Below the pieces are notes generated by a model. The model had not been told where the DNA came from, made no database searches, and worked only from the letters and a program-made list of their open reading frames with translations. Positions 50,270 through 63,375 of a stretch of 64,000 nucleotides of DNA are shown here, one piece after another; positions within the stretch are counted from its first letter, which is position 1, and each line of letters opens with the position of its first letter. Location of the stretch: NCBI GenBank assembly GCA_976551045.1, contig CDPCPM010000233.1:10044001-10108000 (forward strand). The letters are read 5' to 3'. The DNA is from Glaucostegus cemiculus (Eukaryota). The translations under genes were made by a program, and so were the position numbers.

Positions 50270-50430
50270 TAGTGAGCCACTGTAAGTTGCCCCTTATGAT
50301 TGATAGAATCAGAGGGAAGTTAATGAAAATGTGGAGAGAATAAAATGGAATGACTGTAGGATTAATTTAAATGCGTGCTTGATGGTTGGCAGCAACTTCA
50401 TGGGTCTATTTCTGTGCTCTATGATTCTAA
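50270..50430 (+). mobile_element. Older V-SINE 3' half
   Basis: CCACTGTAAGTTGCCCC...TGCTTGATGGTTGGC...TTTCTGTGCTCTATGATTCT, similar to the 45300-45490 tail. Confidence 0.6.
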
Positions 50431-50794
50431 GAATTTGAGCTGGATAGGGCAGTAGTGACACTCTTGTAGCCAGTAATTATTAACAGTAAGGGAATCTTCT
50501 GGGGCCAGACATTATGTTAATGCCCTTCTCCATAGTATCACTATGGATTAAAGTACCAAAGGGATAGTTTGCAAGGTCAGAGGAATACAAGGTTGTAATT
50601 AGGTGTTTGGATCTTGGATGGAAGAACAGTCACTGATCTAGGTGTGAAGGGAAGTTGTTCTGTGTTTGGAGATGTTATTCTGTATGTTACGTTTTTACAT
50701 TGTTACATTTTTGATGAAGGAAAGACCTGGAGAAGAAGTGTTGAGTCATAATGCATAGAGTGCTTAAGGCTGGTACAAATGATAATAAGGAATC

Positions 50795-51010
50795 AAAGAG
50801 CAAAAAAACTGCAGGTGCTGGAAATATGAAATAATAACAACAATTGCTGGGAATACTCAACAGGACAGGCGGTATCTGGGAAGAGAAGCAGAGTTAAGAT
50901 TTCCGGTTGATTTTGATTCTGATGTAAGGTCATCGACTTGAAATATTACTTCGATTTCTCTCCACAGATACTGCCTGACTTGGTGTGTATTTCCAGCATT
51001 TCTGTTTGTA
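50795..51010. mobile_element. Penelope-derived fold-back element with decayed hammerhead (50919-50950)
   Basis: TGCTGGGAATACTCAACAGG..GGCGGTATCTG pairs with CAGATACTGCCTGAC..GTATTTCCAGCA; CTGATGTAAGGTCATCGACTTGAAA. Confidence 0.7.
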
Positions 51011-51059
51011 CATTATGTTAGGAAATCTCCTCTGTCAAAGCACAAATCCATGATCGGAT

Positions 51060-51530
51060 TTCAGTGCACTATAGAGGGTGCAGAAGAGGTTCATCAAGAT
51101 GTTGCCCAGGATGGGACATTCCATTTGTGAGGAGAGCCTAGAGAAGCTAGTTCTGCTTTCTCTGGAGAAGCCAGGTCTGCTTTCTCTGGAGAGGACAAAG
51201 TTAGGAGGAGACATGATTATAAAATTATGAGGGATATGGATAGGGTGGACTTCAGGAAACTTTTCCATTTATCAGCAGTGAATAAAACTGGAGGACGTGG
51301 GTTTCAGGTAAAGGGTGGGAGATTCTCCCAGAGAGTGGCAAGAACAGAGGGCGTGGTGGAAGTAGAGTCACTGATAGCATTTAAGAAGGTCTAGACAAGC
51401 ACTTAGATTGCCTTAGCATAGAAGGCTATGGGCCAATTGCTGGGAAATGAGATTAACATGGATGGGTGCCTGCTGTTCAGTGTGGAGGTGGTAGGTCGAA
51501 TAGCTGCTTTCCATGCTGTATGGCTCTACA
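51060..51530 (+). mobile_element. CR1 LINE 3' fragment
   Basis: AGAGGGTGCAGAAGAGGTTCATCAAGATGTTGCC...AGGAGACATGAT..AAAATTATGAGGG; internal duplication of CTGCTTTCTCTGGAGA. Confidence 0.8.
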
Positions 51531-51829
51531 TCCCATTTTGATCCTCTCCCATGGTAAGAGAAAAGGAAATGATTCAGAGGAGAATGGAAACACATTTCTG
51601 GTTTTAAGGCCACCTAGAATGGAGCCAGTTAAGAGGGCTTGAGCTTACTACCTTAATAAAAACATTAACTATGAAGAAAAAATTATTAAGGTCTTTAGCA
51701 CAAATGATTTCAGTGATCTACAAAAAATTAGGTAGAATCAGAGGATATAAGTATGAATTTAAGCAATTGATAAAGTCGGTTTGATACCGGGGGTACTTTT
51801 TATGGAGAGTTACTTCCTTTATTATTGCA

Positions 51830-52145
51830 ACACAGAAGGAGGCCAATCAGTCCATTGGATCAATGCTGTCCCCCATCACTCCCATTCCCTGTATCCCTGC
51901 AACCTATTCTCTGGCATATGCCCATCAACTCCCCCCAGATTCTTACGACACTTACCTTCTCTAGAAGTAATTTCCACTGAAGGATTAACCTATCGATGGT
52001 TCTTTGGGGATGTAAGCAGAAACTAGAGGACCTGGGGAAACCCACACAGTCACAGGAGATCATGCAAACTCCACACATACAGCACTGGTAGTCAGGTTCT
52101 AACCTGTGTCACAAGAGCTGTGATGTAGCAGCACTAACTACTGCC
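51830..52145 (-). mobile_element. Older V-domain SINE
   Basis: GGGGAAACCCACACAGTCACAGG..TGCAAACTCCACAC..GCAGCACTAAC. Confidence 0.75.
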
Positions 52146-52984
52146 CTTTTGTCATTAACCTCTGATAGCATGTGCAGAAAATGCAAAATCGCCAAGTTAC
52201 ATTCAACAGAAAGTTTGTTATCCTGATAGTCACTTTATATGTGTAAAAGTAGTTGTTTCACGGTGTTTGCAGTGTATTTCCATATAATTCCACGCAGCAT
52301 TCAATTGGTTAACGACAGCATATTGTGGTGTACATACCACATTTGGAGATGCCACGTTTGATTGGACATGTCATGTATCTGCTCTGTAATGGAATGTACA
52401 CAGAGAGGTCAGCCTCTCCCAGGAGCTTATGTAAGGCACAAGACTGAGTGTACAATTTGAGTGCTCAGCTTTTGCAAATAAACTATTATCACTTGTTATT
52501 TATTATTGAACTTGTATTTAAGTTCAGACATGTTCTTTTGCCAATCACGGGCATATGATAGTTTGTTTCACTACTTTGTGTTTGGGATGAATCTCCCAGA
52601 ATATTATTTACCTCATTTTTTTTATGGCCCAAGATTTACAGCTTTCTTCCCATGTTTTATTCCCAGGTGATGTAATGGATGCTGGGTATGGTGTGTAGGT
52701 AGTGATAGGGTGAAAATGTTGTTATGACAAAACCATACACAGAGATGGGCTCTTTTCTTATTTTGCACGTTCTTGAATACCCAAATGCACAGTGCAATTT
52801 ATTGATTTTTCTAACAGTTTGTCTTGAATAGGAATAATGATTAAGCACCAACTGTTAATCTTTCCATTTTGAAACAAAAGTCAAAATAATTTCCTTGAAA
52901 ATCTGTCCAGTCAACAAAGAGATGTTTGTGTCGCTCAGCTTTTAGACTCAGATCTTTGGACTCTGGCAAAAGTATAGTATTCTG

Positions 52985-53135
52985 TTCTAAAAGCAGAAAA
53001 TGCTAGAAAAGTACAAATCAGGCAATGTCATTTTTCTGAATTGTTAATACTGTTTTTCCTCTCTGAACTGCTGAATATTTCTAGTATCTTCTGTTTTGTT
53101 TCAAACTTCCAGCATCCATGATGTTTTGCTTTTGT
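52985..53135. mobile_element. Penelope-derived fold-back remnant
   Basis: AAAAGCAGAAAATGCTAGAAA versus TTTCTAGTATCTTCTGTTTT. Confidence 0.5.
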
Positions 53136-53624
53136 ATTAGTGTTCTGATATTAGACATTAATTCACTTTATTGACAATTCTATATATGGCTTTAATCAGA
53201 ATTTTCATTATCTTATACTTGTGTCTATCTTCCATTTCAGTCCTTGAAGGCAGAATTTGAATGCACAGACTCACCAAGGAATGGAGATATTTAATTCATG
53301 CTTTTTTTTCTCTTTCTTAATTTCCTTTAATCACATTTTCTGACTTCCTGCCAGTTTTATAATTTTGTAGATCTTTCTCCCAAAGGCTCTTCTCAACCTA
53401 ATTCTGTATTCAAGTCATTTCCAGGCATTTTTAGCATTAATTTCCATTGGTTAAAGATCAAGCAATCGATTTTGGGAAGTTAATTAAATATCCAGCTTGG
53501 AAGCGGGTACGAGATAGTATGTTGAGTCTATCTGTTTTACTTTATTATTATACTATGTTTTCACAACTAGTTTCAAATCCAACACAGACTGACAGCAAGA
53601 TGCAAAAGGACAACAAAGTCCTTT

Positions 53625-53722
53625 GGCATCCTGAAGCAGGGTTTCAACCTGAAATGTCGACAATTCCTTTCCTCCCACGGGTGCAGCTCAATCCACTGAG
53701 TTCTTCTAGCAGGTTGTTTGTA
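53625..53722 (+). mobile_element. Penelope terminal-repeat fragment with hammerhead remnant
   Basis: CCTGAAGCAGGGTTTCAACCTGAAATGTCGAC...CTGAGTTCTTCTAGCAG. Confidence 0.6.
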
Positions 53723-54009
53723 GGACCACAAAGATTGCTGCAAGGGATTAGGCACAGGAAAACATAAGATGGAAGAAAGATTGAGCTCACTGTGGGAGAA
53801 GAATAATAATATTTGCACAAAGAAACCTACTTTTGAAGAGAATGTTGTGCAATTTTCTCCTTTTGATAAGTGAATTAGTTAGACACCATCTCTAATCCAT
53901 AAATCTCAGTCTAACACTTAGGCTTTATGAATATTGCTTTTCTATCTAATTGAAACAATATTCACCAAATCCAGTGAACTATATTCAACAATGAAACAGT
54001 AAATAGCAA

Positions 54010-54330
54010 TTTAGAACACAGTAACACAAGAAAATAGGAGCAGGAGGAAGTTACTTGGCCTCTCAAGCTTGCCCCATTAGTCAATATACTCATTGGTGAT
54101 TTACCCCAGGTCTCCTCGCTTCAGTGCCAGTTCTCTACAGTCCTCAATTTCCTGATCTTTCAAAAAATCATCTACTTGCTCATTAAGTAGCCCCAGTGAC
54201 CTGGTCTCCACAACCCTCTGGGACAGCGAATTCCAGAGATACACCACCCTCCGCAATAAAAAGTTCCTACACAACTCAGTTTTAAATGACCGTTCACTAG
54301 CGTTTGAGATTCTCCCACTGGAGGAAACAA
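54010..54330 (-). mobile_element. CR1 3' end
   Basis: AAGAAAATAGGAGCAGGAG..GGCCTCTCAAGC...CTCTGGGACAGCGAATTCCAGAGAT..CACCACCCTC. Confidence 0.75.
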
Positions 54331-55026
54331 TTTGAATTTAAAATCTTGATCAATTCTTTCTGTTGCACATTATCAGTGTAATCATATATTCAGGAAAATG
54401 ATACACATCTGTTAATACAGACTCAGTCCCTAAAGATTTCCTTCATGCTTCACATAACTGTGGTCTTTCATTGTCAACAAGTTTAAGAGCATTGAGTTTG
54501 ATTGTGTTTAGAATTGATAGTGCCTAACAACAAGTCCTTGGCCTCTATTATTCAGCTGTAAAACTGCTTGCTGTCCCCAGATAAACTAATGGAATTTCCA
54601 CAGGCTGACCAGAGGTCACTGTGTAGGGATATCATTGACACTTATGTCATGATATCTTGAAAAGAAACTAGTTCTTTACACAAACACAGGATTGTCCAAA
54701 ATTCCTTTATAGACAGGTTGGCAGGGCTGGTGTGGAGTCATGTTAATTGCGACCTTGATCTACCCATTTGCATACTTTTAATGGTATTAGCTGTTGAGGT
54801 TGGTTGCCATGTAAGAAGTAGCTTTGCCGGCTGTGGAGCCCAATCAATAGCATTATGGAATTGTATTTCACATCACTTTTTTGAGTTCATGACTGATTCT
54901 GACATGAGGCACATTTGAACCTTTACCCAGCTTAAACATACTGAATTATTGAATCTGGAAAAAATCCAGATAATCTGGCAAGAGCTTTATCATTTCTCTC
55001 CAACTCAGCTGTGGAAATTATTGTCC

Positions 55027-55250
55027 GGCACGATAGCGTAGCGGTTAGCGCGACGCTGTTACAGCGCCAGCTATCAGGGTTCGATTCCCGTTGCTGACTG
55101 TAAGGAGTTTGTACGTTCTCCCGTGTCTGTGTGGGTTTCCTCTGGGTGCTCTAGTTTCCTCCCACATTCTAAAGACGTACGGGTAGGGGGTTTACAATGG
55201 GCGGTGCGGACTCGTTGGGCCGAAAGGGCCTGTTACCACACTGTAAATTT
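55027..55250 (+). mobile_element. Young V-domain SINE, tail type B
   Basis: Many CpGs retained; clear A and B boxes; GGGCCGAAAGGGCCTGTTACC tail. Confidence 0.92.
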
Positions 55251-55713
55251 CTGTCTAGGTAATCCCTTATTCTGGGCAGAATCAAATCAAACAGTGCAAA
55301 AAACTGCAGAATTTTAAATATGTGAGTTCTGTCCATGCCCACTTTATGCCTTAATTTCCTGTGCTACTTCAAAACTTCTCCCATAGCAGTTTCCTTTCAC
55401 AAAATTGATCTCCCCCCCACCCCCATATCCTATCCCCATTGCAGGTCAGAATGATGGTTGTATTACTGACTATATTCAGGAGAGAAGTTAGTGGGGTATA
55501 GATATGGGTTATTATTTATTTTGTCCAGTTTCTCAAATGCACATGCACTGAGTTTAGATGTACCAAACATTAATCATCTGACCTGCAGTGACTGAGCCTG
55601 GCCTGTTTTGCTTGTTTTGACAATTGGGTTAAATACAGAATTAATTCTATGAATCCGTCCCATTTCTCTGGCACAGATTCCCTGTGACTTACACATTTAA
55701 CTATCCTAATAAG

Positions 55714-55991
55714 GGCAGGCACAGTAGTGTAGCAGTTAGTGTAATGCTATTACAGCACCAGCAACCTGGGTTCAATTCCAGCCAGTCTGTAAGGATTTTG
55801 TACGTTCTCCCCGTGTCTGCATGGGTTTCCTCCAGATGGTCCTGTTTCCTCCCACAGTCCAAAGACATACGGTTTAGGAAGTTGTGACGACGGAAGTGTG
55901 GCGACATTTGCCAGCTACCCCCAGAACATCTACACAAAGATGCCTTTTACTATGTGTTTCTATGTACATGTGACGAATAAAGAAATCTTAT
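55714..55991 (+). mobile_element. V-domain SINE, tail type A
   Basis: Matches the 9327 and 23965 copies, with a small internal deletion. Confidence 0.88.
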
Positions 55992-58349
55992 GTAGTGTTG
56001 AGCTATCTAAAGATTTGTGACCTTCTGTCAACTGATGCTACAGATGTGCCCTATACCCATGCAGTAATTGGTTGAAGGCAGAAGATGCCAGCAGTCAATT
56101 GTAGCAACAGATCCACTGCCACAGAAAACACCATAAACATAGTGTATCCTAGCAATTGCACCCCACTAACCCAGTTGGTATGGAATGCAGAGCCAATCTT
56201 ACAATTAGGTCAGCTATTAAATGACCAAGCAGACTCTAGGGGTGAAGTGGCCAACTCATGATCCTAATTCATAGGTTAGTCAGGGGGTAGGAGCAGCAGT
56301 TGGGGTATGATTGGCTATCAACGGGTAAGATCAGAAGTTGGTTAATGGGATTGTTAATCAAGGGAGCTGGGATTATTAATTAAGGGAAGTAAGATTGTTA
56401 GTGAAGGAAGCGAATAGTTAACCTGGATAGGACTGGTAATTGGGTGTGATCCAGGGTGGAGGTCCGGAAAACAACTGGTGTTGGAGGGGGAAGGTTGGTG
56501 GTCATTTTCAGTGGTGGCAGTGGCCTTTGGTTGGCAGATTGGTTGAAAGGATGTTGTTGGGGCAGAATGGCAGAGAGGGTGGTGGGGCATGGGGTAGTGT
56601 CAGCTGATGACTGCAAGCTTGGCTTGTGGGTTGGTGGTTGGAAGGGCACTTCTGGGATTGGCCTGTAGGTAGTGGAACATGCATGAAAATAGTTGCCTTA
56701 AAGAGAAGCTACCTGAGTCTGAGAGCTAAGGGATTACATGTAAGTGGATAGACTAGAGAAGTTCTCCTTAGAGCCAAGAAGGAGGAGCTTTAATGAAAGC
56801 ATTTAAAACAATGAAGACTTTAAAATGATTGGTAAAAGAACCAGAAGTGGCAAGAGGAAAATATTTTATGTCATAATTTCTTTGGATTTGGATTGCACTC
56901 TCTAAAATGTAATAGATTACATTGTGGCTTTTAAATAAAAAGTTATTTGATTTGTCCTTGAAAAACGAATGGGAAGGTGGGCATTGTGGGACCAGCTGGT
57001 TTGTTCTTGAGAAGGTCTATTACTGATGAAAGTTTTAGGCAGTTGCAAAAAATTATTGATAAAGTGAAGTGAAAGGAGGGGATGTTATGATGAACCATGG
57101 TGAAACTAAAATGATATAAATGCTGGATACTGGGCCTTCAGAATTCAATAAAATGTGAAATGGATTAAAAATTTCAAACACAAAGTTAATGTGTGTGAGT
57201 CATCTGATGATCTTGTAGGATTTCATAATAATTACTATCATTAAGTATGTCACGGTCAATAATAGTTATGAAACTAAATAAAGCAGTGATCCCTATAATA
57301 GTAAAGAGTAAGATAAGTCAGAGTAGTAATGCTTCAGTAGGTCATTGGAAGAGTTCCTCACAGAAGCATCTTCAATCCAACAGCCTTCAGCACTTTGATC
57401 AATGACCAATCTTCCATGATAAAGTCAAGAATAGATTTATTGACAGATTCTGAGTGTTCAGTTCCCTTCACAACTTCCCCAGTAGTACATGATATCCCTA
57501 GGCAGGACCTGAATTGATAGGTAGCAGATTACGTTATAAGTCACATGCATGAAAGCTATTGATCATCTCCAATAAGAGAAAGTTCAGCTGAGCTCCTGTG
57601 ATCAACATCTTGTGTAATGTCACTCAGACATTTAACTGAACCAGTCTTGTCAGCTCTATGACTCAAAGCAAAATAGAGGCCAAGGCCACAATGATGCTTC
57701 ACAATGTGTCAAGGAATGTGCTATTCTTTTTCCAATGAACTTTTCCATGTGCTGACTTTAAAAAAAATAGAATAGACAGATGAAAAGAAGCTCTAGCTAT
57801 CTGGAAATATGAAGTAGTGATATTCAGTTTCTAAAAACTTTTTTTTCAGAAATACTGCTTTAAAATTAAACTTATAGTTGATTAAATGTGAACCCTGATG
57901 CTATGGCTCTGCATGTTGTGACCCAGTGATGAGTACATTACTCTTTGAACTTTGTTTCTGTTGCAAAGTAAGACAAAATGTCTGCTGAAGTGGGTATAAA
58001 TGTTGTGATGCAACCTGTGCAGGAAAGTAAGATAGCAGGAGATAAATGGCATTCAGCAATGAGAGGGAAGCTATTTGAAGTTGAAACATAGCTCCAATTT
58101 TTGCTATTACTTGTTCCTCGGAGAATAGTGGGTAAAGAGTTGGGGGAGGAACATCTTCCACATTAACTGTTACGTAGAACCCAATTTTCAATCCATGGGT
58201 GCATTTTGTGAAATCTCTTCATTCTGTTTTTGATATTCACTGTATTTAATGTTGAGTTTAACTAATGCAACATTTATACTTCTCCTATATTGCAAAATTT
58301 CCAAATTTAACCTTTTGGGGAACTAGATTTCAGAGTATTGAGGCATTCT

Positions 58350-58680
58350 TGCTAAAGAGCTGAACAGAAAATTGGAAACAAGCAACAATCAGGCAACATC
58401 TGTGAAAAGAGAAATACAATTAATATTTCATGTCGGAAGCCCTTGATCAGAACTGTGAGAGACAAAAGGGTAATTTTAGGTTGTAGAGAATGTGGTGGGA
58501 GGATGGAATGAACAAGGAGAACTTAATTCTTCTCCCCACTTTCACTGTGATGTGCCTGTGGCCTTCTGCACTTTTACAATGAGGCCCGAATTAAGCTTGT
58601 GGAACAACACATCATCTTCTACCTGGGCACACAGTAGCCTTCAGGACTCTGTATTGAAGTCTCCAATGTTATGTAACTTG
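58350..58680 (+). mobile_element. Penelope fragment: inverted terminal repeat plus GIY-YIG C-terminal remnant
   Basis: TTAAGCTTGTGGAACAACACATCATCTTCTACCTGGGCACA encodes KLVEQHIIFYLGT; upstream reverse-oriented GGCAACATCTGTGAAAAGAGAAA arm. Confidence 0.65.
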
Positions 58681-58979
58681 CTCTTTCTGTCTGTATCAGT
58701 GCCGGCCATATCTGCTGTAAGTCATCGATCTGTGAATTTATTTAGCTCAGTTTTTCTCTTCATTAGTTCAGCCCAATCTGCTGGGCATGTCCCACATCTC
58801 AGCTATAAGCAACATAATACAATGGTAAAGAAGCATTAGCTCCTTCAGCTGCTCCATTAACTCAGTTGACCTGGACTCATCCTATCTCAGATATTTCCAC
58901 TGTCCCTTTTGGTACCCATCTCCACTCCAGGTATGAATGGTCATCCCTCATTTGAAAAGTTTTTAGTCTTTTTGAATCC

Positions 58980-59700
58980 ACACACCCTATTCATCCAGAA
59001 TGACCTAAGCAGCCTTTATCAATCATCTATTTATCTCATTCAGTAAAATAACTCTGACCTCTGGTGTACAGAATTCCAAAGCACCACAAAGAATTCCTCC
59101 TGAGCTTTAAGTGGTTAACTCCTTATCTTGAGAGGATGACCCCAGAACACATTCTCCCACCAGGGAAAAATATCACCACAGTAGCTGACCTTCCAATCAG
59201 CCTCACAATGTTATGTTTCAATGAGATTATCTCTAATTCTTCCATATTCCAGAAACTATGGGCCCAATTTGCTTAATCTTTCCTCTCAGAAATCAATCTA
59301 GTGAACTGTGGCTGAATTGTCTCCAAGGTACGTATCGCCTTATATAAAAAGATTAGAATGTATGCAGTACTCTTGGCATAGACTCACCAAATCACTGTAT
59401 ATTAGCATTGTTACTCTTGTTCTCTGTTTTTCTTGTGTTAAATACTATTTTCCTTCGGCGTTGCTTGCTCTCCTGCATGATAACTTCCTGCGTGTATTCT
59501 GTGAGAACACCCAGATATTTCTAAGTACCAATGTAAATAGTGTCACGCTATCTATTTTTTAAATTTTCCTTTGAAGGTGGATGACGTTGCATTTCCCCTT
59601 TTTTTAAAAATTCTAACCACTGTTTTTGCCCACTCGTTTAACCTGGTCATATCCCTTTGCATACTCTTTTTCCTGGAAATTCATCCCTGTTCTGCAGCAC
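58980..59700 (-). mobile_element. Decayed CR1 fragment
   Basis: CTGGTGTACAGAATTCCAAAG..GAATTCCTCCTG..TTTCAATGAGATTATCTC..AATCTAGTGAAC. Confidence 0.55.
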
Positions 59701-61185
59701 TCAACAAGCATTGAGTTCTGCTTCCAGAAATCATTCCATTGAAGTAAATGGAACTGAATTTTGAATGGAAACAAATGTGCGATTGCTGTCATATGGAGCA
59801 TTTAAAGCTACTGACTAGGGTTCAATTTCCAGTGGCCCTCTCACAACTTAGATTCCCACCTATTTGTATACCATCAGAAAAGCTGAATATATTGTAATAT
59901 ATTATTGTTATAGATCTACAGTATATTATAGACATACATTTTTGTTAATTGAATTTTATTCTGATGGAACAGACTGCAAACCAACACATCCTGTGGGAGC
60001 ATGTTAAATTGAAAAAGCAACTTTAGAGTTTCTGCAAGCAATATACAGGCAAAGAAATTTCAAAGTTCCCATTTCACACCATAATGGTGACAAATAGTGA
60101 TGGGTTTACTGTTGTTATAGCTACAAAACCTAGCCTATATGTTACAGATATTTTGTTGCCTTGTGGATTTGTAGTATATTCTAAGCTAGACAGAAAGAAG
60201 TGCAGACTTTGTAAAGAATGCAAAATCTGGAATGCCATAAAATTGGATTAAAATACCCAACTACCACACCATAAAACTGCAATATAAGCAGAGTATTCAT
60301 TTTACCATAAAACTGAGCTCTAAAACCCAAGTCAATTATGCAATATAAAATATATCAATTTTATAAAGTTGGATTATAAAACCCAGAAGCAATTCCATAA
60401 GACTGTGTACAATCCAACAGCAATGCCACAAACAGTGTTGGAAAGCTCAATAACACTGCAATTGTTGCGGGCTATCATCAATTCATGGAGATCACTGGCA
60501 TTTCCTACAGTGTTGTTAATCTTTCGTCATTTGCTGCTGGAAATCCAGACTTGTTTTTTCACACAGAGTGTGAGACCCATTGGTGTGACCTCACATTTGA
60601 CAGTGGATAGGATTTAATTGCAATTTTGTCTCCATGTAGGGATTATTACTTTAAAAGACTAAAATGTCAAAAGACAAAAAGACAATCAGCAACCATCAAG
60701 ATTAAAACAAAACAAAACACTTGTCAAACCCCTCAACTGTCTGCATTTTATCTGTTCTTTTGAAGAGTCAGCTGCATCATCAATGTCATTTGCCACCACC
60801 TCCCTTGTACCTTAACAGCTGCCAGAGCTCTGACAAAGTCTATCCTCATGTTCAGACTGAAGAGGTTTCCTCAGAGTAGCATCACACTCCATGATCAGGA
60901 GAGAATTTATTTACCAGAGAACTTTGCACATTGGCAACAGATTTATCTTGGTTCACAAATGTGACAGAATTCTCCTTTTCTCATCTATGTGATGTCTAAC
61001 TACAGATTTTCCCCTTGCATCTTTAACCTGATGTTGCTTGAAGTGGAGAATTTTACCTGCCAGTTTGCCCTTATTTCTGGCATTGCTTTTTGCTGCATTC
61101 ATACATACATGTATTAAATTCTCTGAGAACTCAATGACCATTGTTTATGTGTCTGTTCTCTTATAATGCAATTCAATGCATTATC

Positions 61186-61441
61186 GGCACGATAGTGTAG
61201 TCGTTAGCACGATGTTGTTACAGTGCTAGCGATCGGGGTTCGATTCCTGTCGCTGACTGTAAGGAGTTTGTACGTTCTCCTGTGTCTGCGTGGGTTTCCT
61301 CCGGGTGCTCCGGTTTCCTCCCACATTCTAAAGATGTACAGGTAGGTTAATTTGGGGGTTTAGAATGGGCGGCGTGGACTCGTTGGGCCAAAAGGGCCTG
61401 TTACCACGCTGCAACTAAAATTTTTTTTTAAATTTTAAAAA
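61186..61441 (+). mobile_element. Young V-domain SINE, tail type B, with 10-bp TSD
   Basis: AATTCAATGC at 61170-61179 and 61442-61451; full head, core and tail. Confidence 0.92.
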
Positions 61442-62024
61442 AATTCAATGCTACCTGGTCACCACTTGCTGCAGAAGTTTAGTACCTATCTTCTCACGAT
61501 ACTTAATAGTCACACAAGGCTAATTTGAAATGTCCTTGGTTCTGTCTGGAGTTGCCTGAAATAAAGGACCCTGCTGTTTGCCATGCATGTATGCTTCAGG
61601 ACCTCTGTGAGCATAAAACATCCTTCCATCTATCTCTCGACAACCTATTTTGAGGAAGCCTGGGGCACCTGATGGTGGAGAGTTGGGATAGACTTTACTA
61701 ATTTACAGCATAGTGATTGAACCAACTGAATCCTCGGAGAGAAGCTTTTGAGTTTCTAAGTGTTAGAAATTCTATAGCACCTGAAAGGGCAAGTTAGAGC
61801 CAGCTTTGTGCTGGCCACGAGCAGCAAAACTCTATCATGCAAATAGACCCAAGGATTGTGTGTAACGGACTGGGGCTTTACCAGTGATCTCCTTAGTAGG
61901 TTTCATCTCCCAATGTGCATAGGAGATTGGATAGGAGAGTCATAGAATCCATCTCTCTCTGACTTTCTGGATTAAAGCTAGGCTGTCTAAACCCAGTCAT
62001 CTTATTTTATACTTACAATGAAGG

Positions 62025-62360
62025 AAGCCATTCAATCCATTGGATGCAGATCAGCTCCCATGGGAACACTCCCACTTGTCCCATTCCATCTTATTTCTCT
62101 GTACACCTGCAATCTATTCTCTCTGTACTTGCTGATCAACTCTCTTTAGATTATTAATGTTATTAACCTACTTTAAGGGGTAATATATAGCAGGCAGTAT
62201 GTCTTTGGGATGTGGGAGGAAGCCAGAGCACCCAGAGCACACCCATGCAGTCACAGAGAGCATGTTCAAACTCAGCATAGGCAGCGTTCAAAGTCAGGAT
62301 CGAACCTGGGTCCCTGGGATGTGAAGCAACAGTTCTAACTGCTTGACCATCATGACACCT
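62025..62360 (-). mobile_element. Older V-domain SINE
   Basis: TTTGGGATGTGGGAGGAAGCCAGAGCACCC..CAGGATCGAACCTGGGTCCCTGG. Confidence 0.78.
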
Positions 62361-62594
62361 TTATAAAATCTGCAAACTGAAATGGTAAAATGTATGATGC
62401 TTTTATCAGCACTGTTGGATAGCATCATCCTTTCACCAAAAGAAGCTCTGTTGTTCCCAGATTCACCTTTGAGTCATGATGCCATATCATTTTGGGATTC
62501 ATAGAATTTCGGTAGATGTTAGATCCACCAATAAATGCCAAAACCTAATGAGAACATACCTTCAATCACCCTAAGTGCTAAAAGAACAACAAAA

Positions 62595-63170
62595 AAAAAA
62601 CAAAACACTGGGAGAACTCAGTGGGTCAAGCAGCATCTGTGGAGGCAGAAGGTGTACGTTGGCATTTCAGGCACTAAGTCAGGACTGAGAGGGAAGAGGA
62701 AAGATTACCAGTGTATAGCAGTATGAGAGGAGTGGGTCTGGGATAGAGGCTGGTAGGTGATAGGTGGAACTAGATGGGGAGGGGATGATGGACAGATGGA
62801 TGCAGGTGGTGGGAGGGTATGGGAAAGGTTGACAAAGGGAGAAGAAAACCAGATAGACAGGTGAGTGTGTGTAGGAGGAGAACACCAGGGGTATGGGTTA
62901 CCTGAAAGTAGAAAATTCAGTCTTCATACCATTTGGGTTGTAAGCTACCCAGGTGGAATATGAGATGCTGTTCTACCAATTAAATGTCACTCTAACTCCC
63001 TCTTCCCACTCTTACACCAACCTGTCAGTCCTTGGCCTTCTCCATTGCTGCCTTGGCCTGAAACAACAGCTTATACCACTTGCCTCCACAGATGCCGCTT
63101 GACCCACTAATTATTCTAGTGTTCTATTTGTTTGTTCTCGATTCCAGCATCAGCTGTCTCTTTTGTCTTC
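62595..63170. mobile_element. Penelope-derived element with inverted arms and GIY-YIG C-terminal remnant
   Basis: AGTGGGTCAAGCAGCATCTGTGGAGGCA versus TGCCTCCACAGATGCCGCTTGACCCACT; minus strand 62898-62980 encodes EQHLIFHLGSLQP. Confidence 0.8.
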
Positions 63171-63375
63171 ACCTTAAGTTATAACTTATGCTCCATCATC
63201 TGTAAATCCACCAATTGCAAAACTTCCATTTTCAATTATTTCTGCTACATGTACCCACAATATAATTTGAAGCATTAAGTAGATCTACAAGTTTGAGCAT
63301 AGCTACAGTTCATGCCAAAACGAGCCTCTGTCCTGGTTCTCTCTCTGATTTCATTTCTCATGGAAAAATTGCAAA

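Noticed and set aside
55027-55095. tRNA gene
   Set aside because: A tRNA-like SINE head continuous with the V core and tail; the same applies to the other SINE heads.
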